Below, in pieces: positions 10,801 through 20,936 of a stretch of DNA of 57,783 nucleotides. The notes under the pieces were generated by a model, which was not told where the DNA came from, did no database searches, and worked only from the letters and a program-made list of their open reading frames with translations. Origin of the DNA: a virus; IMG/VR virus record IMGVR_UViG_3300045988_161144, positions 1-57,783 of that record; one strand, written 5' to 3'. The translations under genes and the position numbers were made by a program. Within the stretch, counting starts at the first letter, position 1. Each line of letters opens with the position of its first letter.

Positions 10801-13129
10801 TACATTGATTAACAACTTTTCCTCTTTCATCAAAACAAGTAAAATCATATAATGTATATTCTAAAACATTCTTTCCAGAATTATTATCAATAATAGTGTA
10901 AACTATGCTATTCTGTTTATAATCATTAGATTCATCAGTAGGATCTGATGGCAAAATACAATCCCAGTAATATGTAACATCACAAATATCTTTCAAAGCC
11001 CATTTATTCCTAATATGTAATGCTTCACCAGTACTACAGTTAATCTCATTAATCCTATTATTAACCAAATCATGACTAATTTGACCAGAACCAAATAATT
11101 CAAAATAATTAATTAATGAATCTCCCTTATTTATAGTGTTAATTAAATCATATGGGAGATTAGTTTCACATAACCTTGCACCAAGGATTATTGATGCCTT
11201 ACCAAAATATTTTCTTGTTAAATATTCTACATCAATTTCACCTTTGTAAACCCATGAATTAACTCTCTCAATATTACTTATTGCTTGAATATCAACCCAC
11301 CCACGATGATTCAAAACATCATCATCACTACATGAAGGACATAATTCAATAGAAACAGGTCTATCCATCTTTGTGAAACCTTCTAATGTTTTCCAATGAT
11401 TTGGTGGTAAATATATACTTAAAGACAATTCATCTTCCCATATTCCAGTTTTGGAAACATATTTACGATTTTGATAAGTTCCTTTTTTAACTGGGTTTTT
11501 AAATGAGAATTTTGGATTGTGATGACTATATGGAACTTTTAATGGACCAATATGTTTAACTCTTTTTTCAAAGAAAACTTTAAGGGCGGACATTGAACTA
11601 TTCCATTTACCAAAACCTTCTTTTGTTTTGCATTTAAAAAAGAATCCTCCACCATCACATTCTACTGCAATATTTGGGGTATTCACAGTTAATATTTTAT
11701 GTGCAAATTCCAAATCCACTCCCTTTTCAGGTCCAACTCTAAAGTTAAATACATATTTTTCTGAATTAGTGTAATGGTCAGAACTGTTATTGTTTGAAAA
11801 GAATGTATGGAATTGATAATCTCCCTCATTCCATGAGATATGCATAAATTCTCCTAATAATACAAAATTTAATTTGCCAGTGAATTCATTAGGATTATTA
11901 ATTTTAATATCTAATTGTAGAGTTTTTTTATCAGCAGATAAGTGTTGATTAACTAATTTCATGCCTAATAATCCACCAACATTCTCTTGGAACTGATACT
12001 CTGGGAATTTCATGTATTTGTCTGTTTCAGGGTCATAACATTTAAGGAGAACAGGATAAACCCAATCATTACTTTCCAATTCATAAGTGTCCAAATCATA
12101 TATCCAATATTCAATATGGAATGTTTCTGCAGGAGCAATTTCACCACTCCAATTTCTACTGAATACTGGACACCTTATTTGTGCATTGTTTCTATATTCA
12201 TTATAATAAGCATCTACTACTTTAACATAATATACTGCAACTTGTGAATCATGGGTTGCTTTAATTAATCCAACTTCCTCATTATCAAAGGGTTCGCCAA
12301 CCACCATTAACTTATAATGGAAATAATCTGTAGACTTGTCGATTTTTGGAGTAACATACCAATGATATGTATTTTGGTTAATTTTCTCTACTCTTCCAGC
12401 ACTAACCTCATAATCGTCCAATTTATAATTATCTGGGAAATATAATACAACAAGTTGTTCTGTGGGACTTAAACCATTAGTAGTACGGATATAACAATAA
12501 CTGCTAAAAACTTCACCCATATGCACCTCATGTGGTTCATCAGGTGTACTCCATGTTTCTACTCTTCCCTTTTTGTTAGGTTCAGTCATACTAACATTAT
12601 ATGTTGCAACATCATAATCTATTTCAATATAAACATAATCTAAATATATTGCACCAACATTGGGGCTTACATTTGGAGTATATGCTAATGTAACACCAAA
12701 ATCATTCTTATTAACTTCTGCAACAGTAAGTTTTGTTGATAAATCCATGAAATAACGGCTTCTCTTCACAAAATTTTTATAAACATCAGAATCACTTGTT
12801 TCAAAAGATAAATTAGTTCCAACCAATCTAATGTCTAATCCACGAAAAATAGGATATGTATTATCATTAGATTCATCAGTATAAGATACTTTCCTATCTT
12901 CATAACCTACTTCAATACTATTAATAACTGCATCACGGGGCAAATCAAAGTTAAAATTAGTGAAAGTTATGGGTGCAGGTATTAATTTCACACCCTTACT
13001 TGAAGAAATATTGTTACATTGTCCCACCTGTCCTTCAGGATATAATAAATTATTTAAAAGATTCCAATCCTTACAACGAGGATTAGATAAGTCCTGAACA
13101 ACCTTATTTGCATATTTTCTAATAATCAT
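7829..13129 (-). CDS. Giant tail/baseplate protein (1766 aa), Tal-like position, adhesin-like with Ig-like repeats
   Basis: Long uninterrupted ORF directly downstream of Dit-like gene; contains TNDQG-type beta-sandwich motifs. Confidence 0.55.
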   Translation of the reverse strand: MIIRKYANKVVQDLSNPRCKDWNLLNNLLYPEGQVGQCNNISSSKGVKLIPAPITFTNFNFDLPRDAVINSIEVGYEDRKVSYTDESNDNTYPIFRGLDIRLVGTNLSFETSDSDVYKNFVKRSRYFMDLSTKLTVAEVNKNDFGVTLAYTPNVSPNVGAIYLDYVYIEIDYDVATYNVSMTEPNKKGRVETWSTPDEPHEVHMGEVFSSYCYIRTTNGLSPTEQLVVLYFPDNYKLDDYEVSAGRVEKINQNTYHWYVTPKIDKSTDYFHYKLMVVGEPFDNEEVGLIKATHDSQVAVYYVKVVDAYYNEYRNNAQIRCPVFSRNWSGEIAPAETFHIEYWIYDLDTYELESNDWVYPVLLKCYDPETDKYMKFPEYQFQENVGGLLGMKLVNQHLSADKKTLQLDIKINNPNEFTGKLNFVLLGEFMHISWNEGDYQFHTFFSNNNSSDHYTNSEKYVFNFRVGPEKGVDLEFAHKILTVNTPNIAVECDGGGFFFKCKTKEGFGKWNSSMSALKVFFEKRVKHIGPLKVPYSHHNPKFSFKNPVKKGTYQNRKYVSKTGIWEDELSLSIYLPPNHWKTLEGFTKMDRPVSIELCPSCSDDDVLNHRGWVDIQAISNIERVNSWVYKGEIDVEYLTRKYFGKASIILGARLCETNLPYDLINTINKGDSLINYFELFGSGQISHDLVNNRINEINCSTGEALHIRNKWALKDICDVTYYWDCILPSDPTDESNDYKQNSIVYTIIDNNSGKNVLEYTLYDFTCFDERGKVVNQCNANCVVYKNGRILNVFNKRIKLDWEEPFDGVFKSSTNFHFDRDYVTITESGANGLEIVEKDIELASGEYIIDVCFDNNDVGLIEPNFTAHLDVESYENILANPYSNFYNNLVVSPFPLPSKNLLFYRKSEEGILYYYTIDEDTSNIYYLVDGFQQYKGGVDLQTSGGSSVMFVENYNSTLYLSNNLIKVGFDRLFGTVSFYVYDASTNNYVYTNMVRLDDFNDFEIESYNDDKISVKFGQTLWTMWRGHPFIECQHENVDLMINDKYNTVECEGLLTPDNIIVYDGNRGKRAVYLYDVITTIELETRTSEGIVESQFNSGYEVMLVANVKDINGISQGFVDGKPIGRVEFIVNDESVYVDPTPSLSSDDEYEWIYNFVVEGNQNYVASARFIPELHFSESKSNNCYFNSIVTESITELTIPNLIVPINSSTDYMLVKVYQTSNESLPTIINDMRVEIYANNKYIGELVTESDSTRYPLNFKKQGLYNIKAKSMGNLTYSSSESKEYTLCVIDPDLSGFGEDLLSIGENIALSDDVLIVESDDGSCELKVNKNYDFTGKLMLNIPNVGSFEMGSGESRIIKFPKSGDYDISVKYDGDDVYQAYNYLQKITVPSVNTNVSLLFDTYPTETSKYTCHVDRTVDLVASASHNDLPVTLYDNGTPVLSKTIGKNPKTLYYQAKTLGEHELQLKYNGTAFFSKSQSPIINLTVNNDTTKIIDVKKKNYVYRYTQDIFKLVDSENIPLVGKKLSYKVNGVTYERVTNDQGLCYMNIRLLAGQYNVKITFEGDKNYIGCTKEYVLEVLDPITVWKSPIKIRNTHENNTKPFKPWSLSDTPKFPISCGDKSISGVTPIDGISGNYNTPDTLNMSSFNFSFSKDDYKIVKISARWQEKQFNPQSDKLYPTIGSASATLINCGINNGKKGYSIPLQSKEGYNIVGVEWTGLNMLSGVINNSFVFGVLFEHDKNTSQNPASLVLNKFELGVSYVIPTEIVEE

Positions 13130-13138
13130 AATATTCTC

Positions 13139-13663
13139 CTATTGTGTAGGGATAGAATATGTTGGAAGAATCTCAACAACAAATCCTTCACTTGGTAAAG
13201 TTAAATAGTTCATAATTTTAGCAGGTTTTGGAAGAATACAATAACTTATAACAGCTCCAGTGTATTCATTACACAAAAAAACACCTTTTAAGTTTTGAAC
13301 TTCTGAACCAATACTTAAAGTAGGTGTTTTAGAACCAATACTAACAACCAATCCACCATAACCTACTTCTTCAGCAACCAACTCTACCACAGGACAATCT
13401 AAGTCTTTAACAGTAATATCACCTGAATCTGAATAACTAATATTTTTAATAGGAACAGCCTTTGACTTATCCAATGTATAATCTGCTTTAATATTTGACT
13501 TCCAATCATCACTACAATTAGACACAGGTACAAATTCAAAACGATTCTTAGAATTATTCAATACCATGTCTGAGATGCTGAATGTTCCTTCTTTATTCAT
13601 TATTTTATGAAAATTATCAATTAATTTAAATTCTAAAACAACAGTTGTGGATTTATTACTCAT
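13139..13663 (-). CDS. Distal-tail-protein-like (174 aa), paralogous to N-terminus of junction-spanning tail fibre
   Basis: Located immediately after the tape measure gene; clear similarity (LEFKLI.N..KI.NK.G.FS...MV..N..N...F.PVS.CS.DWK.NI..DYTL) to ORF starting at 1478. Confidence 0.45.
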   Translation of the reverse strand: MSNKSTTVVLEFKLIDNFHKIMNKEGTFSISDMVLNNSKNRFEFVPVSNCSDDWKSNIKADYTLDKSKAVPIKNISYSDSGDITVKDLDCPVVELVAEEVGYGGLVVSIGSKTPTLSIGSEVQNLKGVFLCNEYTGAVISYCILPKPAKIMNYLTLPSEGFVVEILPTYSIPTQ

Positions 13664-13717
13664 ATAAAATCACCCTAAAATAAAAAACAATAAAAATAAA
13701 AGAAAAAAAGAAAAAAG

Positions 13718-16700
13718 TTACCTGCCAGTGTTCTTATTCACACCAGTCAGGTCAATAATTTTATCAACGACAATGTCACCAATATCCTGACCAATAGATT
13801 CATCAGAAACATTTGCTCCCCTCATATCAATATTCAAAGTTAAATGTAATGACTTATCTACTTTGGATTCTTCTTCAGGAGGTTTCAAACTGCTTCTTGT
13901 TCCAATACCTGAAACCTTTGGGGAAGTAAAACCATACCCTTGCTGAATAGCAGTAGCATCAATATCACCAATACCATCAACATGAGCCCAAACATGAGGA
14001 ACACCATTCCAAGAACCATGCCTCATACTACTACTGAAACCAAATGCACGAGCCAAAGCCATAATAATCAAAGCACCATCATAACAGTTAAACATACCAC
14101 TATTATATGCTGCCACTGGATCACCACCAGTTTTAGAATTCATGTATCCTTGATAACTTGTACGGCTAATAGCATCATAAATATATCCCTTACATATTTC
14201 TGGTATACCACGAACTGGGAAATCATCATTTTCAAATTTACCCACACTCAAATAAGGGTCATATATTGCACCAAAGTTTGTTCTCCAATGTAACAATGCT
14301 TGCCTAATATCATCTGTCCAATTAAAGTTCCAACCACCAGCATAACATTCTTTACCAGAATTCAAACAATTAATATATTGGGCTAAAAAATCAATATCAT
14401 CATTCTTCATTCTTGGCTTAAAACTATTGCTAATACCTGTGGTTTTACTATATCCACCAGCACCAAAACTACCTTTTGGGATTCTAATTTTAGGTGAACT
14501 TGAATTCATAGTTTTAATCACACCAGATTTAACTGGGTTGCTGATAGGTGTCCTTGTACTTGTAGTTGAGAAATCTCCACCAGCACTACCCATTAACAAT
14601 GCAGGATTTTGGACTTTCCTCCAGAAACTACCCATATTATGTTCTAACTGGTTTATTTTAGCACCAGTTTGACTACGAATATATTCTGCACTACTGATTA
14701 ATGCATTTTGCATACCATGCCAACTATTAGTTATAGCATGGATATGTCTGGTTGTCTGATTCTGCATATTATTCATTTGAACACGAGTAGTCGTACCCAT
14801 TTTAGTATATGCAGATGAAGCAGAAGTATTTATACCATTAAATGTTGTTTGGAGTTTCAAACCCATATTAGAGAATGTACTACCCATAACAGTATCTAAA
14901 CCCACAAATGCATTCTGTGTAGTGAGTGCAATATTCTGACTCAAACCAGTAGCCATACTTGCATCAGCTTGGAACTGTTGTAATGCAGGCTGATTCAACA
15001 TTGGGTCAAGACCCATAACTCCGAGAGTACTGTTAGCATTACTGGTTAAACTTGAATATGTGTTGTTTGCAAAATTAGCCATTGTAGGAGCATAACCACT
15101 AACAACAGCCTCAGCCAAACCTTTAGCACTATTATATGCTAAAGTAGTGTTACTTAATGCCTGACCAATACCAGTAACTTCTGCAATAGTACTTCTCCAC
15201 ATAATTCCTGGAGAATGTATATCCATACCGTCCTTATAACCATTACTTGCAGATTGTCCTAATTGGTATCCTTTGTTATAGAAGTATTGTTTTTTATCCT
15301 CCATAACTTGCAATGCACCACGACACTCCTTATCCGTAGCTTCCTTGATTTTGAATCCTCCAACAAAACCTGTATTAGCATTATTACCCATGGACTTACC
15401 ATGGCTACGAGCATTAACTCCGCCATAATTAAATCCATTAGCTAATTGAGTACTTATAACAGTAGACAATCCCATCATACCACTATTAATACCCTGTTTT
15501 ATTGCCTGACCAATACTTTTCCCTTTAGTACTTGCTGTACTAATAGCATTATCAAGTGCAGAACTCATGCCCTTAACAGCATTACTTATAGCAGTAACCA
15601 TGCTTGTAGCACCAGAAACATCAGCAGTCTTGCCAGATGTGGCAGTATTGATATTATTATTAAATTTGATGATATCATTAACCATGTCTTCTAATTGTTT
15701 CAACTTACCACCTAAACTGGAGGAATATCCTCCAGCAGATCCACCACCAACAAGGTTGCCTAAAATATTACCTCCAGGAATCATTGAACCAACAACATTA
15801 GCAACACCACCAATAAAATCACCAGTATTATTACTAACTGCTGATTGGACTGTCTGAACAGCCTGATTAATGGATTGGATACTTGTAGCTATTTCTTGAA
15901 TCTGTGTTGCTTTAGACTTATTAACTTGGGGAATTTCCATTTTATTTAATTCTGTTGCGAATTCCTTCATTGATGTAACTACACCATTTTCACCAACAAG
16001 TCCTTTAATATATTCACTTATGCCCTGACCACCAGTAGTTATTTTAGATATAAAGTCAGTAGTTAATACTGCAAGTAATGGAATCATTGCCATACCAATA
16101 ATGGTTAATGCTTCACCAACCACTTTTATTGCATTTGCACCTTGTTGTATACTGGTTAAATCTGGGAATAATGTACCAACAATAGCTAACATTCCAAGAG
16201 GTGCAACCATACCAATAATTGCTTCAGAAAGTATGACTAACCCAGCACCGACACCAGCAACAGCAATAACAAAAGTTGCTCCACCAGTAGCGAAAGCAGA
16301 TGCCGCTATTAAAACTCCTGCAATAAATAATGGGATAAATGGTGCAAGACTATTTAATGCATTAGAGCATGCTTGTACTGCTTGAATTCCCCTATCTATA
16401 TTAGTTGAACCTATAGTATCATAAACCCAACCTAATCCAGCAAATGTCAATAATGGTAATGCTAAACCAATAATTGCTTCAGAAACAAGAAGTAAGCCAA
16501 TTGCAATACCTGCTGCCGCATCTTTTAAAAAGGATAATTTACCTGTTTTTAATAATTTACCTGATAAGATAACAACTCCACCAAAAACAAGCACTAATGG
16601 AATAATTGAAAGGAGGGTGTCACTAATTAATTTAAGTACCTCTGCACCTTGTTTAACTTGACCTTCAATACCAGAATATACTGTACCTAACCCAGCAATG

Positions 16701-19700
16701 GCTAATAATGGGACATTTAACAATAATACTGCTTCAGTAACAAGAAGCATTGCAATCAATAACCCATATGCTTCGGTAATCGCATCTTTTGTCAATGTAA
16801 TTATGTCTGACCTTGCAGATAATTTAAGAGTAATGGCAAAAGCAACAACTAATGGCAAAGTAGATATTAACAAGTCAGATACGAATTTGAGAGTCTCGCC
16901 ACCCTTACGGATATTTTCTTCATTGGATTTGAACATATCACCAGTTGAAGCTAAAGCAAATAATGGCATTTGTAAAAGAGCAATTGCTTCAGTCATCAAA
17001 CCCATACCAATAGCAATACCAGTAGCTGCTTTAACTGCAAACCTTCCTTGTGATTTTAAATCCTCAACAATACCTTCTTTAAATCCAACATCTGTTGTTT
17101 TGCCTTTAGGTGTTTTAGTTTTGGTTTTGCCCTTACCTTTTCCTTTTCCTTTATCTTTGTTTTTACCTTTATTTTTATCTTTCTTTTTGGGTTTTTTCTT
17201 CTTTTTCCCCTTACCTTTACCACTACCAGTAGTAACTACAGTTCCATCATCAGAATCCTCATCAGAACTGTCTTTGTTTTTACCACGACGACCAATTTTA
17301 CCTAATTTATCCTTAAGTGCATCAAGAACACCACCATTTTTAGCTAAGTCTTTTAATCTGTTATATGCTGATTTAGCATTCTCGCCAATCTTCTTCAAAG
17401 CATCAATAGTACCTTTAGCCTTACCACCAATACCTGCAAGTTTAGCAATAAGTAATCCTAAACCACCCATCAAAACATAAGAGCCTGCTTGAGATTCAGA
17501 TAACCATGCAACAAATCTCGCACCATACTGCAACACAATAATTAATGCATTACCTATCCAATGTAATGCATCACCTATTTGATTAAACACTGGCTGTAAA
17601 TTTCCCCAAGCCTTAGCACATTCCTCAGCAAATTTAACAAATTCTGGATTATTACTAATATCAATCCATATTTTAACTAATTCAAGCCATGCCGCAGTAA
17701 CACCTGCCCACATGTCCCCTTCATTAAACTGTTTCCATTTATATGCCTGTTCCTGAACTACACTCGCATAATCTTCAGCATATTTTTGTCTTGCTTTCAA
17801 GGACACATTTTGTTTGGCTAATTCATTAGTGTGTTCCTCTACATGTTTAAGTCCATCACGAGTAGTGTTCTCATATGCCTTCATACCTTTTTGGAGATAA
17901 TATGTTCCAGCATCAACATTAGATAATAAATCATATGCTTTAACATTAGCTTTGTCTGATTCTATACCGTTTTCTTGATATATTTTAGATAATTCTTGTT
18001 GATTTCGGATATCTATTTGTGATTTTCTATTTGCAAGGTCTTGTTTAACTTGTTTAGCACGATTATATGCTTCTTCAGCATTAGCAACATTATCCTTGGC
18101 TGTTGCTAAATCCTTTTCTGCTTGAGTTAAATATTTAACTGCATCTGCTTCTTCACGAGCAGATGATGCATTCTCTACATGTTGTTTTGCAGAATTAACT
18201 ACCCCTTCAAAATATTTCACACTATTCTGAGCATTAGTAATGTGCTGTTGTCCATTCTCAATTACATCATTAAACCCTTCAACAGCCTTTTTAGCTTTTT
18301 CACACTGGCTCCATACATGACCGATAGCAACAGCAAGAGCTGCGAAAAATGCTGTTAATCCAATGGTTTTAAGTGCAGCACCACTAAAAATAATTGTTTT
18401 CAATGATTTTGCAAAACTCATATTCTTTGCAGTAGCAACATCAACTTTACCAGTCAATACTGATAATGTTTGATGCCATTTCAAACCAGCACTTCTAATT
18501 TTAACAAGTTCTTTCTCATTATCAAGTAAACCTAACTTTGAACCAATCAATGCAGTTTTAAAACCATGCTCTTTAACAATCGCACCATCTAACCCAAGAA
18601 CATAAGCAGCAATTGCTCTTTTAGCAGATAATGCAGCGACAGTTTCAGTCTTATATCCAGTGATTTTCTTCACGATAGCCTTGGTTACTGCATTATGCCC
18701 TTTCTCTGATTTAAATAATGCAATTTCTTCCGCATTAATACTGAATATTGTTGCTAATATAGAGTTTTTCAAACCCAATTGTGATAATTGTGCAAGTCCT
18801 AATTTTGTACGATACATAGCCAATACAGTACCAACAGTACCAATAACGGCAGTTAAAGTAGTGAAACTGGTGAATAATTTAGATGCTGGATCCAAGTTAT
18901 TAAACCAGCCAGAAATACTTGAAACTAAAGATATTAAACCATTAAATACACCAGTAATCGCTGGTGTGACAAATGATTCCAGCCTTGCAACAAATTCAGT
19001 AAGACGATCACTTGTAATAATCAGAATATCATTTAAACTTGTTGCTTTTTCTGCGAAAACATCCCAATGTCTTGAAGTACCAATTTTTTCCAATGCAGTA
19101 AGCAAACTCATTACATCAGTATTCTTACCATTCCAACCTGCGGCTAATAATTCATTTCTACCAACACCAGTTTCACGACTTAACCTTTGGAATTCTCCTT
19201 GCAGTACATCTTTAACTGCAAGACTTGCTTCTTCTGCAGTTCTTCCTGCACGAATATATTCAGATTGAATCATTGCAACAATAGGCATGGCTTTTTCCAT
19301 TTCTTTTGCATTTAATCCGAATTCTACACCTAAACTGGAAACTGTTTCACCTAAAGAATACTTATTCATTTTCTGGAATCTTGAAATAGTATTATCTAAT
19401 GCTTTGTTGAAACTGTTTACTTGGTTTCCAGTTAATTTCATTTGTTGCAACATAGAATCCATTTCAGATTTGTTTGTAATGGTTTCTTTTGTTGCCTCAA
19501 CTAAAGACATAACCCATTTTGTTGCAAAATCATGAATCATTCCTTTAGCAACCCAATTAAATAAAGATACTGATGTTTTCAATCCAGAAAACACATTCAT
19601 TAAACCAGAACCTTTACTACGAACATCTGCAAAGGATAATGCTAAATTTTTATTTAAACCAATTGTTTTTGTACCAACAGCATTAATTTGACTTAAATAA

Positions 19701-20470
19701 GTGGCATAACCATTACCACCAGCAGCACCAGAGGTAATTTTGGTTTGTGCTTTTTGATTGTTGAGATAATTAGTATAATCATTATATGTTTTAGGTAATG
19801 ATTTACGATAATTATAATAACTCTGTTTCAATTGATTATTTGCATTAGCTAATTCTCTCGCAGCCGCAGTCTGTTTATTCATTTCTTGAGTAACACGATT
19901 TAATTCCAGATTCCTTGAAATGGTATTGATATCATTTAATGCTTGCTTATACCCTTTTGATGCAACCCTTGTCGCATCTATGGATTTTGCAATAGTATTA
20001 AGTGTATTTCTTGCCTCATTATATGATTTATTAACCATATCCTGTGACAAACTACGATTATAACTGCTTGTTAATGTGTTTAAGTTATTTCTTGCTTTTG
20101 AAAATCCTTGTGATGCAGTTATCTGCCTATTTAAGGATTTTGCCATCGCATCTATATTTTTTTTAGCATTAATATATTCTTTAGATAATGATTGGAGGTT
20201 TGTTTGAGCCTTTTTTGTGGATTCTGTCTGAGAATCAAGACCTTTTTTAAGATTATTCAAATCTTTTTTAATATTTTTGATCTGATTTGAGTTCTGTTTT
20301 AATTCTCTTGCCATTTGCCTCCAATCATTAATTGATGTTTTAAATGAACCTTTTTTAAGAGCTTCAGTAAGAGATTTTAATGATTCTTTCGCTTGTCTAA
20401 CTTGTTCTTTAAATTCTTTAGAATCTAATACGAGTTTTGCAGACACAGAACCTACAGAATAATCAGTCAT
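13718..20470 (-). CDS. Tail tape measure protein (2250 aa) with coiled-coil N-region, Lys/Gly-rich low-complexity linker, about four repeated hydrophobic ~95-aa units and a C-terminal transglutaminase-like cysteine peptidase domain
   Basis: Size and position between chaperone-like genes and Dit-like gene; C-terminal motif GMFNCYDGALIIMALARAFGF..VPHVWAHVDGIGDIDAT fits transglutaminase core Cys-His-Asp; internal repeats ...SEAIIGL..PLL..AGLG. Confidence 0.8.
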   Translation of the reverse strand: MTDYSVGSVSAKLVLDSKEFKEQVRQAKESLKSLTEALKKGSFKTSINDWRQMARELKQNSNQIKNIKKDLNNLKKGLDSQTESTKKAQTNLQSLSKEYINAKKNIDAMAKSLNRQITASQGFSKARNNLNTLTSSYNRSLSQDMVNKSYNEARNTLNTIAKSIDATRVASKGYKQALNDINTISRNLELNRVTQEMNKQTAAARELANANNQLKQSYYNYRKSLPKTYNDYTNYLNNQKAQTKITSGAAGGNGYATYLSQINAVGTKTIGLNKNLALSFADVRSKGSGLMNVFSGLKTSVSLFNWVAKGMIHDFATKWVMSLVEATKETITNKSEMDSMLQQMKLTGNQVNSFNKALDNTISRFQKMNKYSLGETVSSLGVEFGLNAKEMEKAMPIVAMIQSEYIRAGRTAEEASLAVKDVLQGEFQRLSRETGVGRNELLAAGWNGKNTDVMSLLTALEKIGTSRHWDVFAEKATSLNDILIITSDRLTEFVARLESFVTPAITGVFNGLISLVSSISGWFNNLDPASKLFTSFTTLTAVIGTVGTVLAMYRTKLGLAQLSQLGLKNSILATIFSINAEEIALFKSEKGHNAVTKAIVKKITGYKTETVAALSAKRAIAAYVLGLDGAIVKEHGFKTALIGSKLGLLDNEKELVKIRSAGLKWHQTLSVLTGKVDVATAKNMSFAKSLKTIIFSGAALKTIGLTAFFAALAVAIGHVWSQCEKAKKAVEGFNDVIENGQQHITNAQNSVKYFEGVVNSAKQHVENASSAREEADAVKYLTQAEKDLATAKDNVANAEEAYNRAKQVKQDLANRKSQIDIRNQQELSKIYQENGIESDKANVKAYDLLSNVDAGTYYLQKGMKAYENTTRDGLKHVEEHTNELAKQNVSLKARQKYAEDYASVVQEQAYKWKQFNEGDMWAGVTAAWLELVKIWIDISNNPEFVKFAEECAKAWGNLQPVFNQIGDALHWIGNALIIVLQYGARFVAWLSESQAGSYVLMGGLGLLIAKLAGIGGKAKGTIDALKKIGENAKSAYNRLKDLAKNGGVLDALKDKLGKIGRRGKNKDSSDEDSDDGTVVTTGSGKGKGKKKKKPKKKDKNKGKNKDKGKGKGKGKTKTKTPKGKTTDVGFKEGIVEDLKSQGRFAVKAATGIAIGMGLMTEAIALLQMPLFALASTGDMFKSNEENIRKGGETLKFVSDLLISTLPLVVAFAITLKLSARSDIITLTKDAITEAYGLLIAMLLVTEAVLLLNVPLLAIAGLGTVYSGIEGQVKQGAEVLKLISDTLLSIIPLVLVFGGVVILSGKLLKTGKLSFLKDAAAGIAIGLLLVSEAIIGLALPLLTFAGLGWVYDTIGSTNIDRGIQAVQACSNALNSLAPFIPLFIAGVLIAASAFATGGATFVIAVAGVGAGLVILSEAIIGMVAPLGMLAIVGTLFPDLTSIQQGANAIKVVGEALTIIGMAMIPLLAVLTTDFISKITTGGQGISEYIKGLVGENGVVTSMKEFATELNKMEIPQVNKSKATQIQEIATSIQSINQAVQTVQSAVSNNTGDFIGGVANVVGSMIPGGNILGNLVGGGSAGGYSSSLGGKLKQLEDMVNDIIKFNNNINTATSGKTADVSGATSMVTAISNAVKGMSSALDNAISTASTKGKSIGQAIKQGINSGMMGLSTVISTQLANGFNYGGVNARSHGKSMGNNANTGFVGGFKIKEATDKECRGALQVMEDKKQYFYNKGYQLGQSASNGYKDGMDIHSPGIMWRSTIAEVTGIGQALSNTTLAYNSAKGLAEAVVSGYAPTMANFANNTYSSLTSNANSTLGVMGLDPMLNQPALQQFQADASMATGLSQNIALTTQNAFVGLDTVMGSTFSNMGLKLQTTFNGINTSASSAYTKMGTTTRVQMNNMQNQTTRHIHAITNSWHGMQNALISSAEYIRSQTGAKINQLEHNMGSFWRKVQNPALLMGSAGGDFSTTSTRTPISNPVKSGVIKTMNSSSPKIRIPKGSFGAGGYSKTTGISNSFKPRMKNDDIDFLAQYINCLNSGKECYAGGWNFNWTDDIRQALLHWRTNFGAIYDPYLSVGKFENDDFPVRGIPEICKGYIYDAISRTSYQGYMNSKTGGDPVAAYNSGMFNCYDGALIIMALARAFGFSSSMRHGSWNGVPHVWAHVDGIGDIDATAIQQGYGFTSPKVSGIGTRSSLKPPEEESKVDKSLHLTLNIDMRGANVSDESIGQDIGDIVVDKIIDLTGVNKNTGR

Positions 20471-20492
20471 CTTTTTAATCTCCTTTAAATAT

Positions 20493-20936
20493 TTATTTCC
20501 TCTTTAATACTTCCCAGTATCCTTCAGCTACAGCATTCATAATATGTGGTTCGGCAACAGGAATGTTTTTCTCAAGAAACTTCCCAGAACCACCTCTTCT
20601 CCTTTCTCCCATCAATTCATGTTGGAATAATGCATAATCCTTATCTGGATAAAAAAACCCCACTTGATTATATTTCATACGATTACTTGGTGGGTTTTTT
20701 TCACCAGTATACCTTACTTTAATACTTGCACGAAAATCAGATTCCTCAACAACCCAATCCTCAGTACCAGATTCAACAAGGTAACCTGATTGTAAAGGAA
20801 CATCTTCGGTAACATAATCAACAAGAACCTCCGCCATATTGTTAAGAATCCTTTTACGACTATTGTCTAATGATGGCATTAAATTTTCCAACCAAGGAGT
20901 AACTTCATCTTCAACTAATCGTGTTCTAATCATCAA
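20493..20936 (-). CDS. Tail component protein (147 aa), HK97 gp10-like by position
   Basis: ORF tightly packed upstream of tape measure; overlaps neighbour by 11 nt. Confidence 0.35.
   Translation of the reverse strand: MMIRTRLVEDEVTPWLENLMPSLDNSRKRILNNMAEVLVDYVTEDVPLQSGYLVESGTEDWVVEESDFRASIKVRYTGEKNPPSNRMKYNQVGFFYPDKDYALFQHELMGERRRGGSGKFLEKNIPVAEPHIMNAVAEGYWEVLKRK

Noticed and set aside
14427-19535. Numerous plus-strand ORFs inside the tape measure gene (for example 16698..17480, 18660..19268)
   Set aside because: They are antisense to a long, clearly coding minus-strand gene. Their low-complexity translations are artefacts of the TMP repeats.
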